A stretch of 64,000 nt of DNA from an uncultured Planctomycetota bacterium (GCA_963719315.1 CAVRBU010000001.1:320001-384000); one strand, 5' to 3'; positions 20,120-29,945 are shown, numbered from the stretch's first letter. The notes: generated by a model not told the origin, from the letters alone. Numbers and translations are program-made.

Positions 20120-21379
20120 ATGCCGAAGCTCCAAAGGCGCATTCCATCCTACCAAAAACACCGGGCCAGCGGGCAGGCCGTCGTCTCACTAAACGGCCGC
20201 GACTTCTATCTCGGCCCGCACGGCACGAAGGCCAGCAAGCTCGAATACGACCGCCTCATAGGGGAATGGTTGCAGCAAGGGCGGCAGATTCAACCCGCGA
20301 CGGGCGGCGACCTGTCCGTTGTCGAGTTAATCGCGGCCTACCTGCATCATGTTCGCGGGTACTATCGAAAAACCGACGGCACGCCGACGAATGAGGTCCG
20401 CGACGTACATCTCTCGTTGCGCCCCGTGAAAGCCCTGTACGGACGCCAACCATGTTCGGAGTTCGGCCCCACTGCCCTGAAAGTTGTTAGGGAACGGATG
20501 GTGACGGATGGGCTGAGCCGAAAAACGGCCAATCAGCGGATCGGACGCGTGAAGCGGATGTTCAAGTGGGGCGCGGCCGCGGAGTTGATCCCGGCCAACA
20601 TCCCCCAAGCCCTGTCGATGGTCGAGGGTTTGAAGTACGGCCGCACCGAAGCCCGCGAAGCCGCCCCCGTCCGCCCAGTCGAGGATGCGATCGTCGAGGC
20701 CACGATCCCGCACCTGCCCGAAGTTGTGGGCGATATGGTGCGACTCCAAAGGTTGACCGGAATGAGGCCGGCGGAGTTGTGTATTATCCGGCCCACGGAC
20801 CTGGACCGCTCCGCGGACGTTTGGACCTACCGGCCCGAAAGCCACAAGACTCAGCACCACGGCAAAGAGCGGATCGTCTACATCGGTCCCCAAGCCCAAG
20901 GCGTTCTGCTCCGATACCTGGCTCGCGATAGTGCCGACTACTGCTTTCGCCCGTGCGACTCGGAAGCGAAGCGGCTGGCCGCTCGCCATGCGGCCCGTAG
21001 GACTCCGCTGCGCTGGGGCAATAAGCCGGGCAGCAATCGCAAGGCCAAGCCCAAGCGCAAGGCAGGGGACGGCTACGGCGTGAACGCATACCGCCGGGCC
21101 ATCTATCGCGGTTGCGACGTGGCGTTCCCTCACCCGGAATTGTCGGCGGTGAAGGAATCGCAGTTGTCGGACAAGCAACGTGCCGAGCTGCGCCAATGGC
21201 AGGACGATCATCGTTGGGCGCCGAACCAACTGAGGCATACGGCGGCAACGGAAATTCGCAGGGAGTTCGGACTGGAAGCCGCGCAAATTGCGTTAGGTCA
21301 CTCGCAAGCAAATATCACACAAGTTTACGCCGAGCGCGATATGCAAAAGGGTATCGAGGTTGCGCGGCGGATCGGTTAG
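20120..21379 (+). CDS. Tyrosine recombinase / integrase
   Basis: TGMRPAEL, HKT, PNQLRH, LGHS and TQVYAE catalytic motifs; N-terminal domain with DFYLGPHGT; directly downstream of the tRNA. Confidence 0.95.
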   Translation: MPKLQRRIPSYQKHRASGQAVVSLNGRDFYLGPHGTKASKLEYDRLIGEWLQQGRQIQPATGGDLSVVELIAAYLHHVRGYYRKTDGTPTNEVRDVHLSLRPVKALYGRQPCSEFGPTALKVVRERMVTDGLSRKTANQRIGRVKRMFKWGAAAELIPANIPQALSMVEGLKYGRTEAREAAPVRPVEDAIVEATIPHLPEVVGDMVRLQRLTGMRPAELCIIRPTDLDRSADVWTYRPESHKTQHHGKERIVYIGPQAQGVLLRYLARDSADYCFRPCDSEAKRLAARHAARRTPLRWGNKPGSNRKAKPKRKAGDGYGVNAYRRAIYRGCDVAFPHPELSAVKESQLSDKQRAELRQWQDDHRWAPNQLRHTAATEIRREFGLEAAQIALGHSQANITQVYAERDMQKGIEVARRIG

Positions 21380-21493
21380 ATTTTAATTTGCCGGACGCGC
21401 GGAGTAATTGCCCGCGCAGGATCGGCCGGTCGTTTGTGGCATGCACCTACGCCACGGCGGCCGGCTGATCGACCGGCGGAAAGTAGGTGCAGG

Positions 21494-22099
21494 ATGGCAG
21501 CGACTAACAGCGGCGATAATGCCAGTGGCGACAGCCGATCATTGAATGTAATTCGCTCTTGGGACGATTGCCCGGTCGTCCCGCCCGAAGTGCTCCGCGA
21601 ATGGCTGGCGGAGGAAATCGCCTGCTGCGAATCCGAGTGCCGGGAAATCATGGAGCGTGTCGAGAGCGTCCGAAGCGGCCCAAATGCCGATAAGTTACAA
21701 GCCGCTACACTGCTGGAAAATGACAGCGAATTCTTGAGTATGGCAAACCCCGCCATACGTAATCTGTCTGACGATGAACACCCGGCGATTCCAGCGGCGT
21801 TCACTGCTGGGCTTCGCCTGGGGATGATTTACTGGAATCTTCGGCGCATCCGTGCCGGCCTGCTGAAACGTGTGTGGGATGCGGAAGATCATTGCGAAAA
21901 CATGCGTGACGTGAAGGCCGAAGCCGATGCAGAGCGGCGCAGCGAGAATCGAGAAAGAGCATTAGAAGCCTTAGAGTGGGCAAAGTATAATTTCCCTGTC
22001 GCGGCGGAAGATAAATCCCACGATGTCTTAATGAACAAGGCCGCCGAGCATGCGGGAATATCGAGGCGGCAATTCAATCGTTGGCTCGGCGGGAGATAG
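21494..22099 (+). CDS. Hypothetical protein with C-terminal HTH
   Basis: C-terminal MNKAAEHAGISRRQFNRWL is HTH-like; start placed at ATG 21494. Confidence 0.6.
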   Translation: MAATNSGDNASGDSRSLNVIRSWDDCPVVPPEVLREWLAEEIACCESECREIMERVESVRSGPNADKLQAATLLENDSEFLSMANPAIRNLSDDEHPAIPAAFTAGLRLGMIYWNLRRIRAGLLKRVWDAEDHCENMRDVKAEADAERRSENRERALEALEWAKYNFPVAAEDKSHDVLMNKAAEHAGISRRQFNRWLGGR

Positions 22100-22193
22100 C
22101 TTTGCTGAGTTCTGGACATCACTTGCAAGTAATGTCCATTTCGTTCGCTATCGTGACTTGTAGTACGTTTCATCCGCTACTACGAGGCCCACG

Positions 22194-22487
22194 ATGGTTT
22201 CTTTATCTGTTGCCCCCGCCCGTGACCGAATCTCCCTCCCCCAACTCGCCCGCGAGCAAGGCGTCTCGCCGGTTTCAACCTGGCGTTGGGCGCTCCGCGG
22301 CAGCCGCGGCGTAATGCTCCCCACGTTTTGCGTCGGCCACAAACGGTACACCACGCGGGCCGCGTTTGCGGAATGGTGCGCGCAGGTGACGGCAGCCGCC
22401 AACGGAGAGACACAAGGTCGCGTGCCAGCCAATCGCGAATCGGCAATGCAGCGTGCCGAGCGTGAGACAGCGCGAATGGGAGTATAG
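22194..22487 (+). CDS. DUF1580-type HTH protein (excisionase/AlpA-like)
   Basis: ISL..LA....VSPVSTWRWALRG.RGVML....VG..RYTTRAA pattern of planctomycete DUF1580 proteins. Confidence 0.8.
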   Translation: MVSLSVAPARDRISLPQLAREQGVSPVSTWRWALRGSRGVMLPTFCVGHKRYTTRAAFAEWCAQVTAAANGETQGRVPANRESAMQRAERETARMGV

Positions 22488-22573
22488 CCAATTGTCACTA
22501 CGCCGTTTTGCGGCCACAAAAAAAGGCCGCCCCGTTGCGAGCGGAGACGGCCAAATGCGAAAGGACTCGACAC

Positions 22574-22813
22574 GTGAATCGTATCACATTCTCCCCGGCC
22601 CCGGCAACTGCGGTTCGGATCGGCCGACTGGTCGATAACAATCTCACGAATTGGTGCAAAGGCACCATGAACGAGCTAGCACGTGCCGATCGGGCCGGCG
22701 ACGATACCAGCTCGCTACTGACGGTCGGTCTGGCAATTCTTCGCGCTCGCCACGCTGTTCGCGCTGGAATTCGTGACGCCGAACTTCAACGGCACGGAGG
22801 GCGACGCCGATGA
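22574..22813 (+). CDS. Small hypothetical protein
   Basis: GTG start preceded by AAGGA; ATGA overlap with the helicase gene. Confidence 0.55.
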   Translation: MNRITFSPAPATAVRIGRLVDNNLTNWCKGTMNELARADRAGDDTSSLLTVGLAILRARHAVRAGIRDAELQRHGGRRR

Positions 22814-24327
22814 ATGAGACGGAACAACTCCCGCGGGCTCACGACGCCGAAGAATACGTTCTCGGCTGCCTGGTTGTTTTTCCAACACAGGCCGACGAAA
22901 TTTTCTCGCGACTCACGGCAACGGATTTTTTCGACGCTGAGCACCAGAAGATTTTTGCAGCCGCACAACGCCAGTACGCAGCCGGCGCCATCGACCCGGC
23001 GCTGCTAGGGCGAGAGTGCGGCGCGGCGAAGTTGCTGGTTGAGTTGGGCCTCAACCCAAGCAGCGCACCGACTACCGCGGTACATATTCCGACAGAGGCC
23101 CGGAAGATTGTCGAGGCGCAAGAAACGGGAGGCGCTTCGACCACTTCCACACGCTCGCCGATAACTCGCTGAATGGATGGACCGCCGATCAGTTGGACCG
23201 GGCGAACGAAGCCGCTCAGTACGATTGGCGCCGCGAGTGCGCCAACGATAAGCCACGATTCAGAACGTACACGGCGGCCGAACTAGACGCCGCAGATTTT
23301 CCCGTATCGTTCCTGATCGACAACATCCTAGTTGCTGGCCAGCCGTGCGCTTTGGGTGGCGCAGGAGAAGTCTCTAAAGACTTCAGTCATGCTGGCGATG
23401 GGAGTTTCGCTAAGCATTCCTGTTCCGTTTCTTGGAACCTTCCCCGTCCAATATCCAAAGCGGTTTCTGATGTTCAGCGGCGAATCGGGGATGGCAACGC
23501 TTCAAGAAACCTCACGCCGTATCTGCCGAAGCTATGGATACGAACTAAGCGACCTGGATGGTTTCATAATCTCGCCGGACCTGCCCCAACTCAGCAACGC
23601 CGTTGACATCGCAGAATTAGAGACCGTCATTGCTGAACACGAACCCGATGTTGTCGGCATCGACCCCATGTTCCTGTGCATGGGCGACATCGACGAAAAG
23701 GCCGCCAATATGTTCAGCATGGGCAAGCCGCTAACCAAGCTGAACGAAGCGTGCATGAGGCACAACGCCACGCTGATATTCGCTCACCATACATCCGGCG
23801 TTCCCCAATATGGCGCGACCCCAAAGTTGTCCTGGCTCGCCTTCAGCGGATTCAAGCAATTCGTTCGCCAGTGGATTCTTCTAAACCGGATGGAGGATTA
23901 CACGCCGGGCACGGGCTTGCATCGGCTAAAGATGGTTTCAGGCGGCAGCATCGGTCACGGCGGATTGTGGGTCGCGGACATCAGTGAAGGCAGCAGAAGC
24001 GATCAGGGCGGTAGGCACTGGCGAGTAGCCGTGAAGTCGGCGGATGAGGACAGGCAGGAATCGTCCACGCGCACCGCTGAGAAAAAGGTAGCCGCGGCCG
24101 AGCAAAAATTGACGGATGAACGAAACGCCGTATGCCGGTATCTCGCAAAGCATCCAAGCGGGTTGGCTCCAACGAAGATTCGGGACGGTTCCGGAATCAG
24201 TGGCCGACGCTGGCCAGTCGTCTTAGCCGCCCTGATCGAGCACGGCAACATCGTGGAATGCGAAGTCACGGGTGGACATCCGCCACGGCAGCTTCCAGGT
24301 TACAAACTTTCGAGTTTAGAGGTTTAG
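22810..24327 (+). CDS. Replication protein: DnaB-like N-terminal domain fused to a RecA-like AAA (RepA/AAA_25) helicase, broken by two frameshifts
   Basis: LPRAHDAEEYVLGC...DFFDAEHQKIF (DnaB-N); removing one G near 23364 gives Walker A GGAEKSLKT; FSGE, VVGIDP (Walker B), FAHH; second break near 23120. Confidence 0.78.
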
Positions 24328-24350
24328 TCCTATGCAAATTATTGAGCCAT

Positions 24351-24495
24351 CGTCCGCCCGTCCGGTGCCACCGTCCGCTACGGACGGACAGTCAGCCTGC
24401 GGCCGTCGTCCGGTCCCCCCGTTTATATACGGGGGACGGACGGACAGCCGGACGGCGGCTGTTTCGCCGAGCGCAGAGAAACGAGCGGACGGACG
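24351..24495. other. Putative replication origin with iterons
   Basis: About 9 CGTCCG/CGGACG hexamers around the hairpin-like core cccccgtttatatacggggg (24416-24435), directly after the helicase gene. Confidence 0.6.
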
Positions 24496-24755
24496 GCCGC
24501 TAAGAGACCCCGGCGGCCAGCACAAGGCGCCGCAAGGCGTCAGCACACGCGACGATCCTGCGCTGGCTCTTTACTGGTTCGAGCAAGAGTGTTTGAAGTA
24601 CGCAGGCACAGCCGACGAGGGATGGTGACGGCGGGGGGTGGTTTTGTCTCAAAATGGGGCGATATTAGCCGTATGTCCCCAGGCTTCACCAAGTTTCGAC
24701 TTATTTTGAGGGACTCGATTCTAAACCAAAAGTTGGAAGCTAGAGGAATTAACGT

Positions 24756-25118
24756 ATGAACACGAAGTTCGCGGCCCCGCCGCATTTGTCGGAGCGTTCA
24801 ACCGGAATTTGGGAGCAGCTAGTTCCGTCACGCTGCCGAAGCGTTGGGCGAACAGTGCTCTTGCAAACGGCACTTGAAGCCTTGGACCTGAGCGACCGGG
24901 CGGCGGCGGAGCTGACTGAAACGACATCGCTACTCGTCAAAACGTTGGGTTCCGGCACGCTCCACCAGCACCCCGCCTACAAAACTGCGAAAGAGGCACG
25001 AGCACAATTCGCGGCGTTGTGGAGCCAGCTAGGGTTGCAGTTCAGCGGAGCGGAGGACGGCATTTCCCTGGACGGCTGGCTCCGGCAGATGAAGGCGAGA
25101 GAAGCGGGTGACGAATGA
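24756..25118 (+). CDS. Phage terminase small subunit (P27 / Terminase_4-like)
   Basis: PPHLS....IW...; HPAY....EARAQF..LW.QLGL pattern. Confidence 0.75.
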   Translation: MNTKFAAPPHLSERSTGIWEQLVPSRCRSVGRTVLLQTALEALDLSDRAAAELTETTSLLVKTLGSGTLHQHPAYKTAKEARAQFAALWSQLGLQFSGAEDGISLDGWLRQMKAREAGDE

Positions 25119-25447
25119 AACGCGATCCCTGCCCCACCGTGAAGCGACCCAAGAAAAACCACCCGATACCGGCCGAGCGAATGTGCCCAGTGTGCTTGTC
25201 GCGAATGAAGATTACTCACAGCCGGCAAACGAAAAGCGGGTTAACAAAGCAACGTCAATGCCCGTTTTGCAATCACGTTGACCGCGTGCTGCTGCGAATC
25301 GAAGTCGTAAAAATCATGGAAGTCGCCCGCAAGAGTGTGCGAACCAACACACCTGGCAAAATAATTTCTGCAAAGTGTGCGAACCAACACACTTCCAAGC
25401 GAGTGCAGCGTGGAACAAAAACCCCAAGGCGTCAAAAATTAAAGTGA
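25115..25447 (+). CDS. Zinc-ribbon protein (Ogr/Delta- or NrdR-N-like), possible late-gene activator
   Basis: CPVC...ITHSR......RQCPFCNH; ATGA overlap with terS. Confidence 0.55.
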   Translation: MKRDPCPTVKRPKKNHPIPAERMCPVCLSRMKITHSRQTKSGLTKQRQCPFCNHVDRVLLRIEVVKIMEVARKSVRTNTPGKIISAKCANQHTSKRVQRGTKTPRRQKLK

Positions 25448-25457
25448 GGACAAAACA

Positions 25458-25850
25458 ATGTTGACTGCCAAAGACATCGCAAAGCGACTCGACATGGACC
25501 TGGACGCCGTTGCGTTTCTGTACGCCAAGCGAATTCTTCCCGACGGAATTTGCATCGGCGGCGTGGTTCATTTCCGCGAGCAGGACATCAAGAAATTCGA
25601 GAAGTATTTGCGGCGGCGAGCAGCTTGCCGAGTTCGAGGCATCGACCCCGATAGCATGCGTGGGCCAAGTCCCGGGGTTTACTCCACCGGCGGCCGGCCA
25701 CGTTTTGATCCGCGGCTTGTGATTGCGAATGAGCTGGAAGCCGAACGGCAAAAGCGATCCCGCACACTGGCAGCCGGCACAACGCCGATTGAAAAGCAAG
25801 AGAAAATCGAGTTGCCGGAAGTCGCGAGCAAACAAGCTGAGGTCAAGTAA
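25458..25850 (+). CDS. AlpA/MerR-like HTH protein
   Basis: MLTAKDIAKRL...ILPDGICIGGVVHFREQDIKKF; RBS GAGGA upstream. Confidence 0.7.
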   Translation: MLTAKDIAKRLDMDLDAVAFLYAKRILPDGICIGGVVHFREQDIKKFEKYLRRRAACRVRGIDPDSMRGPSPGVYSTGGRPRFDPRLVIANELEAERQKRSRTLAAGTTPIEKQEKIELPEVASKQAEVK

Positions 25851-26029
25851 ATGTTTCCGTCTTCGATCAACCGGCCAAAGAGCGTCAAAATTCTCGTTGA
25901 AGAAACTGAAGATTTGGAACTGGAACTCGCCCGCAATGAGGTCGAGTGTCGGGGTGTGCTCGGTACGGCCAAGGCAGAGGCCCGCGACCTTACGGCCGCA
26001 GAGAATCATCGGTTTAACATCTCTGTTAA

Positions 26030-27585
26030 CAGCCTGTTGAAGAAGTTGGTATTTGGTGATTTTAGGCAGCCAACGCGAGCGGTTGGTTGATGGTTGATTT
26101 TTGTCGGCCGGTCGGCGGCGTGGGCGTCAGCAGACGCTCCAGCGCGGCCAGGGTGTTAAACAACACAACATGCAAGGCGTCGGCAAGCCCGCCGTTCCCT
26201 TGCAGGCTCCTGGCCGTGCCGATTCCGAACAAGTGGCGCAGGACGAGGCCCAGATTGCGTGCCATGGCCGACGTCAGGTATCGCTTTCTCACTTTCTCGA
26301 TACCATGCAGCCACGTTCGCCGACTGCCGCCCGTCTCGCAGACGTGGGCGAAACTCCGCTCGACCTTCTCACTCCTCTCGCGCTGTAGAGCACGTCCTCG
26401 CTTTCCTTTGACCCGGCGGCGGTTGCCCGTCACCGCCCGACGCTCTTCGTCCGCTTTGTTTTTCCAATTGCGACGATGCGCGTGCTGTGGTTCGGCGATG
26501 TACGTTCGTAGACCCTCGGTGAATTCCAATTCGGCCAGCGTCTCGTTCCCCGAGTAGCCTTTGTCCGCCACCGTCTCCTCGATGTCCGCGTCGCTGTCGG
26601 CTTGAATCAAGTTGTCTTGCGCTTGGCTGAGGCTCGGGCCGATCGTGTCCACGTCGGCCGCGTTGGCGTGATAGATCTCGGCCGCCAGGATCAGCTCCGT
26701 GTCCAGATCGACGACGTGTTCGGCCTTGTAGGCCAGATGCGTGCGGCCGTCCTTCATCCGGGTGATCCGGCTGTCTGGGTCGGTTTCGCTCTGCCATTCT
26801 TGGTTCGAGACCTTTTTGTCCTTGCGCTGGCGATCGAACCGAGCAATCTCCTCGGCTGAGGGTTCGTCGCCCGGCTCGATCTGGCCTGCTTCCTGCATCA
26901 GACGCCGAACATACTCCTGCCAGTCCTCGCCCGTGTCGCGCCTGACGATGCTCTTCATGGCCGCGTCGGCCTCCAGGGTCGTGGCGTCGACGCCCACCGT
27001 CTTGCCGGCGAGCAGGCCTTGCTGCTCAGCCACCTCGAGCACGAAGCAGAATACTTGCCGATGAACCGACAACGGCAGTCGGTCGCGGACCCGCGTCAGG
27101 CTCGAATGGTCAGGCGTCTCTTCGCCGAGCGGGACGCCCAGAAATTCTCGCAAGCTGAGACTGTCGGCACACCGCCAGGCGATGCCCCGCTGCGAGCCGA
27201 GGCCCTCGAAGTAGCCCACCAACAGCATCCGGAAGTAGACGCCCGGCGGAATGCCGGGCCGCCCCATCGTTTCGTGGTAGTACGGCTCACAGAGCCTTTC
27301 GACGAACTCGTCGAAGCCGGCTGCTCGCAGCAATTGATTGAGCTTGCCGTAAAACACATGCCCTTCCGACCGCGGCAACTGGTCCACCGGGATCCAGAAG
27401 GACGACTGCTGCTCTTGGTTGCGGTGTCCCAACGCCATCCGTGATCTCCTCAATTCGGCTCTGCGGATGCCTGAGCAAAACAATAATCGCTCTTACACTG
27501 GCATCCACGCCAACCGCAGGCGACAATTTAGCGCCATGCCGTCGTTAGCGAAAGTCTATCCAAAGGAGACTTCTTCAACAGGCTG
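26030..27585 (-). mobile_element. IS1182-like insertion sequence, 1556 bp
   Basis: Perfect 17-bp inverted repeats cagcctgttgaagaagt / acttcttcaacaggctg; TTAA duplication at 26026-26029 and 27586-27589. Confidence 0.92.
26062..27438 (-). CDS. DDE transposase (IS1182-like)
   Basis: GRPGIPP, SLREFLG, PDHSSL, VDAT, TDPDS, ADKGY, VERSFA; GAGGAG RBS before ATG 27438. Confidence 0.92.
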   Translation of the reverse strand: MALGHRNQEQQSSFWIPVDQLPRSEGHVFYGKLNQLLRAAGFDEFVERLCEPYYHETMGRPGIPPGVYFRMLLVGYFEGLGSQRGIAWRCADSLSLREFLGVPLGEETPDHSSLTRVRDRLPLSVHRQVFCFVLEVAEQQGLLAGKTVGVDATTLEADAAMKSIVRRDTGEDWQEYVRRLMQEAGQIEPGDEPSAEEIARFDRQRKDKKVSNQEWQSETDPDSRITRMKDGRTHLAYKAEHVVDLDTELILAAEIYHANAADVDTIGPSLSQAQDNLIQADSDADIEETVADKGYSGNETLAELEFTEGLRTYIAEPQHAHRRNWKNKADEERRAVTGNRRRVKGKRGRALQRERSEKVERSFAHVCETGGSRRTWLHGIEKVRKRYLTSAMARNLGLVLRHLFGIGTARSLQGNGGLADALHVVLFNTLAALERLLTPTPPTGRQKSTINQPLALAA

Positions 27586-28911
27586 TTAAAAGGGCGAAGG
27601 AAACGAAGGCAAAATTAGCTCAACTCAAAAACGAGTTGACCAAAGCTCAGGAACTAGAAAAGAGGCTCACAATGGCTCATCCCAGCAGCACGGTTTACAA
27701 CCAATCAAGTTACACCGGCGACGAGGCGTTTACGGTTCGTCGCGACAGCCCGGAAAACCCGTTCGGCAACAATTTCGGTGGTGGCGAATCGCGATACCCC
27801 AAATATCCTGTCACTGGAAAATTGCGTGCGTTTCGCGACGCGCAAACCGCCTACGATTGCGGGATGTGGATAAAGGCCATCACCAGTCGTCTCTATGGCG
27901 GCATGGCTGACACCGCAGCCGAAAACTACTGTGAAAGTATCGGCCTGGAAATCACCAACGCGGCCTACGAAGGCAGCGGCGCGGCCGGCGGCTATTTGGT
28001 GCCTTCGCCGGTCTCGCAAACCATCATCGACGTGCGCGAGGCGGTGGGTGTTGCCCGGCAAGTGCTAAAAGTTATGCCGGTGACGGCGGAGTCACTTTCA
28101 ATTCCGAAAAAAGCTGGCGGCTTGACGGTCTACGCGCCGGGTGAAGGCACGGCGATTACCGATTCCGATAAGTCGTGGTCTCAAATCGCGCTCATGATGC
28201 GTAAGCGCGCAGTTGCTTCGCTCCTCAGTCAAGAGTTAGTTGCAGACTCGATCATAAGTGTTGTCGATGATATCTTCAGCGAGATGGGCTACGCGCTCGC
28301 GCAGCAAGAAGATCGAGAGGCGATTAACGGCAACGGCGGCGACTCAACCTACTTTGGCGTTCGCGGCTTGCTGTCCAGCATCGGTGCGGGTGGCGTTTCA
28401 ACCGCTGCTGTATCATCGACGTGGGCAGCAATCACGCTCGCCGAAGTGAGTGCGGCTGTCGGCTTATTGCCCGACCGCTATTTTCCGTACGAGCCAAGCT
28501 GGATTTGCTCGCACTCGTTCTACAACCAAGTCTTTCAGCGACTCGGCTTTGCTGCCGGCGGTGCGACCGCGAGCGAAGTCATGACCGGCACGCCAAACGT
28601 GCGTAGCTTCCTGGGCTACAAATGCTATCTCACCTCGCAAATGCCGACCGCAACGGCAGTCAGCACGAAGTGCGCGTTATTTGGCGCGTTCGACCAAGCC
28701 GGCATGTTGGGCGACCGCGGCGCCATCCGGGTTTCGCGCTCCGACGATTACAAGTTCTTGGAAGATCAAGTCGTCTTAAAGGCGACCAGCAGATACGACA
28801 TCAATATCCACGACCACGGCGACGCGAGTGCAGCCGGTGCCTACGTGGCATTGTCAACGCACAGTTAGACATTCCTGTCCGATATTCACTCGTCGTGAGT
28901 TCGGATGTACG

Positions 28912-28952
28912 AACGGCCGTCACTTGGGCAACCAGGCGGCGGCCGTTTTTTT
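28912..28952 (+). terminator. Probable intrinsic terminator after the capsid gene
   Basis: aacggccgtc...ggcggccgtt stem followed by a T-run. Confidence 0.6.
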
Positions 28953-28972
28953 ATTCGCAGCGGAAACGGACA

Positions 28973-29188
28973 ATGCAACGCGGCACAGTAGTTTCACTGA
29001 ACCTTGAACGTGGATTCTTTTTTATCCGTGGCGACAACAGCAGCTCGCCGGATGTCTTTGCACACCATAGCGACCTGAATGAAAGCGTTTCGTTCGATGC
29101 AACGCTAGAACAACGCCGAGTGCAATACGAACAGTACGACACGCCGCGTGGATTGAGGGCACGGAAGATTCAACCGGCTGAGGACTGA
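28973..29188 (+). CDS. Cold-shock domain protein
   Basis: MQRGTV......RGFFFI......DVFAHHS (RNP1/RNP2-like), 71 aa. Confidence 0.85.
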   Translation: MQRGTVVSLNLERGFFFIRGDNSSSPDVFAHHSDLNESVSFDATLEQRRVQYEQYDTPRGLRARKIQPAED

Positions 29189-29396
29189 GGCAAAATCGGA
29201 CGTGTCTGTAGTCGGCTCAACCCGTCGGATGCGTTCCTGGGGCATCCTGTGCGACCGTTTTTCGTGCTGCCCGCGACGGCGGGCAGGATTACACGATTCA
29301 AGAACCGCGGCCCGTGCAGTATCACAAGTGCGGGTTTGTGCGGGGTTAGGCGGGGCGGTGGGCAGCTTCGGAAGGATGATAAGGGGCAGTGGGCGA

Positions 29397-29945
29397 CTAT
29401 TTCGCCACCGATTTTTTGACTTGTTCCATCGTAATGATGTTATCGCCTTTTCCGCCCGGAACAAACATTGGCACGATGAAGGGAGGAATGCCCATCCGCA
29501 GCGTAACGGAATGTATCATTTCTCGAAAGTAAGGCCAAACAATTAGCATTCCTACTTGGCCAATTTGATCGCTGACTTCCTGAAATTCCTCGACTTTCCT
29601 ACCAGTTACTTCGTAGACACACTGATACAGGGCATGAAACGTTACTAACGATGAATCATCACTCGCATCAGCAGGCCGACCTTGAACATCAATGGTTACG
29701 TCAACATGAATCGTTCCATCCGGACTTGCTCCGACCGCCGCACCAGCGGCAATTTTCGCCTTAGTTGGCAGTTGAATGCCACGTATTTCGAGATGTGATT
29801 GTTCGTCAATTAATCGAATATTCTTTAGGCGAAGATGCTTGAAAAAATTATCTGACTTAATGACCGACGGCTTTGGCGAGGCCTTCAGACGAACAAGCTC
29901 CGCCTTCGATCGCTTGGCGATTTTCTTGAATTTTTTTTTAGCCAT
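29397..29945 (-). CDS. SecB-like chaperone (TAC chaperone)
   Basis: Beta-strand core followed by the SecB-type C-terminal signature IVWPYFREMIHSVTLRMGIPPFIVP; overlaps the antitoxin stop. Confidence 0.82.
   Translation of the reverse strand: MAKKKFKKIAKRSKAELVRLKASPKPSVIKSDNFFKHLRLKNIRLIDEQSHLEIRGIQLPTKAKIAAGAAVGASPDGTIHVDVTIDVQGRPADASDDSSLVTFHALYQCVYEVTGRKVEEFQEVSDQIGQVGMLIVWPYFREMIHSVTLRMGIPPFIVPMFVPGGKGDNIITMEQVKKSVAK

Larger units (their letters stand above)
25851..28868 (+). pseudogene. HK97-fold major capsid protein interrupted by an IS (fragments 25851-26029 and 27590-28868)
   Basis: AGGYLVP, GEG..I..SD, LSQELVADS, INGNG and ATSRYD capsid motifs; coiled-coil N-terminus AKAEARDLTAAE; removing the IS and one TTAA restores a 485-aa ORF. 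Confidence 0.88.

Noticed and set aside
20327..21286. 319-aa minus-strand ORF
   Set aside because: Antisense shadow of the integrase, expected in GC-rich DNA
24332..24628. 98-aa ORF after the helicase
   Set aside because: Mostly the translation of the iteron/hairpin region with no recognisable family; only the C-terminal end looks protein-like, so it was left uncalled
25334..25392. Mini CRISPR array
   Set aside because: Only two 19-bp repeats with a 21-bp gap and no cas genes; fits paired protein-binding sites better
25851..26090. Independent 79-aa gene
   Set aside because: It is the capsid N-terminus reading into the IS end
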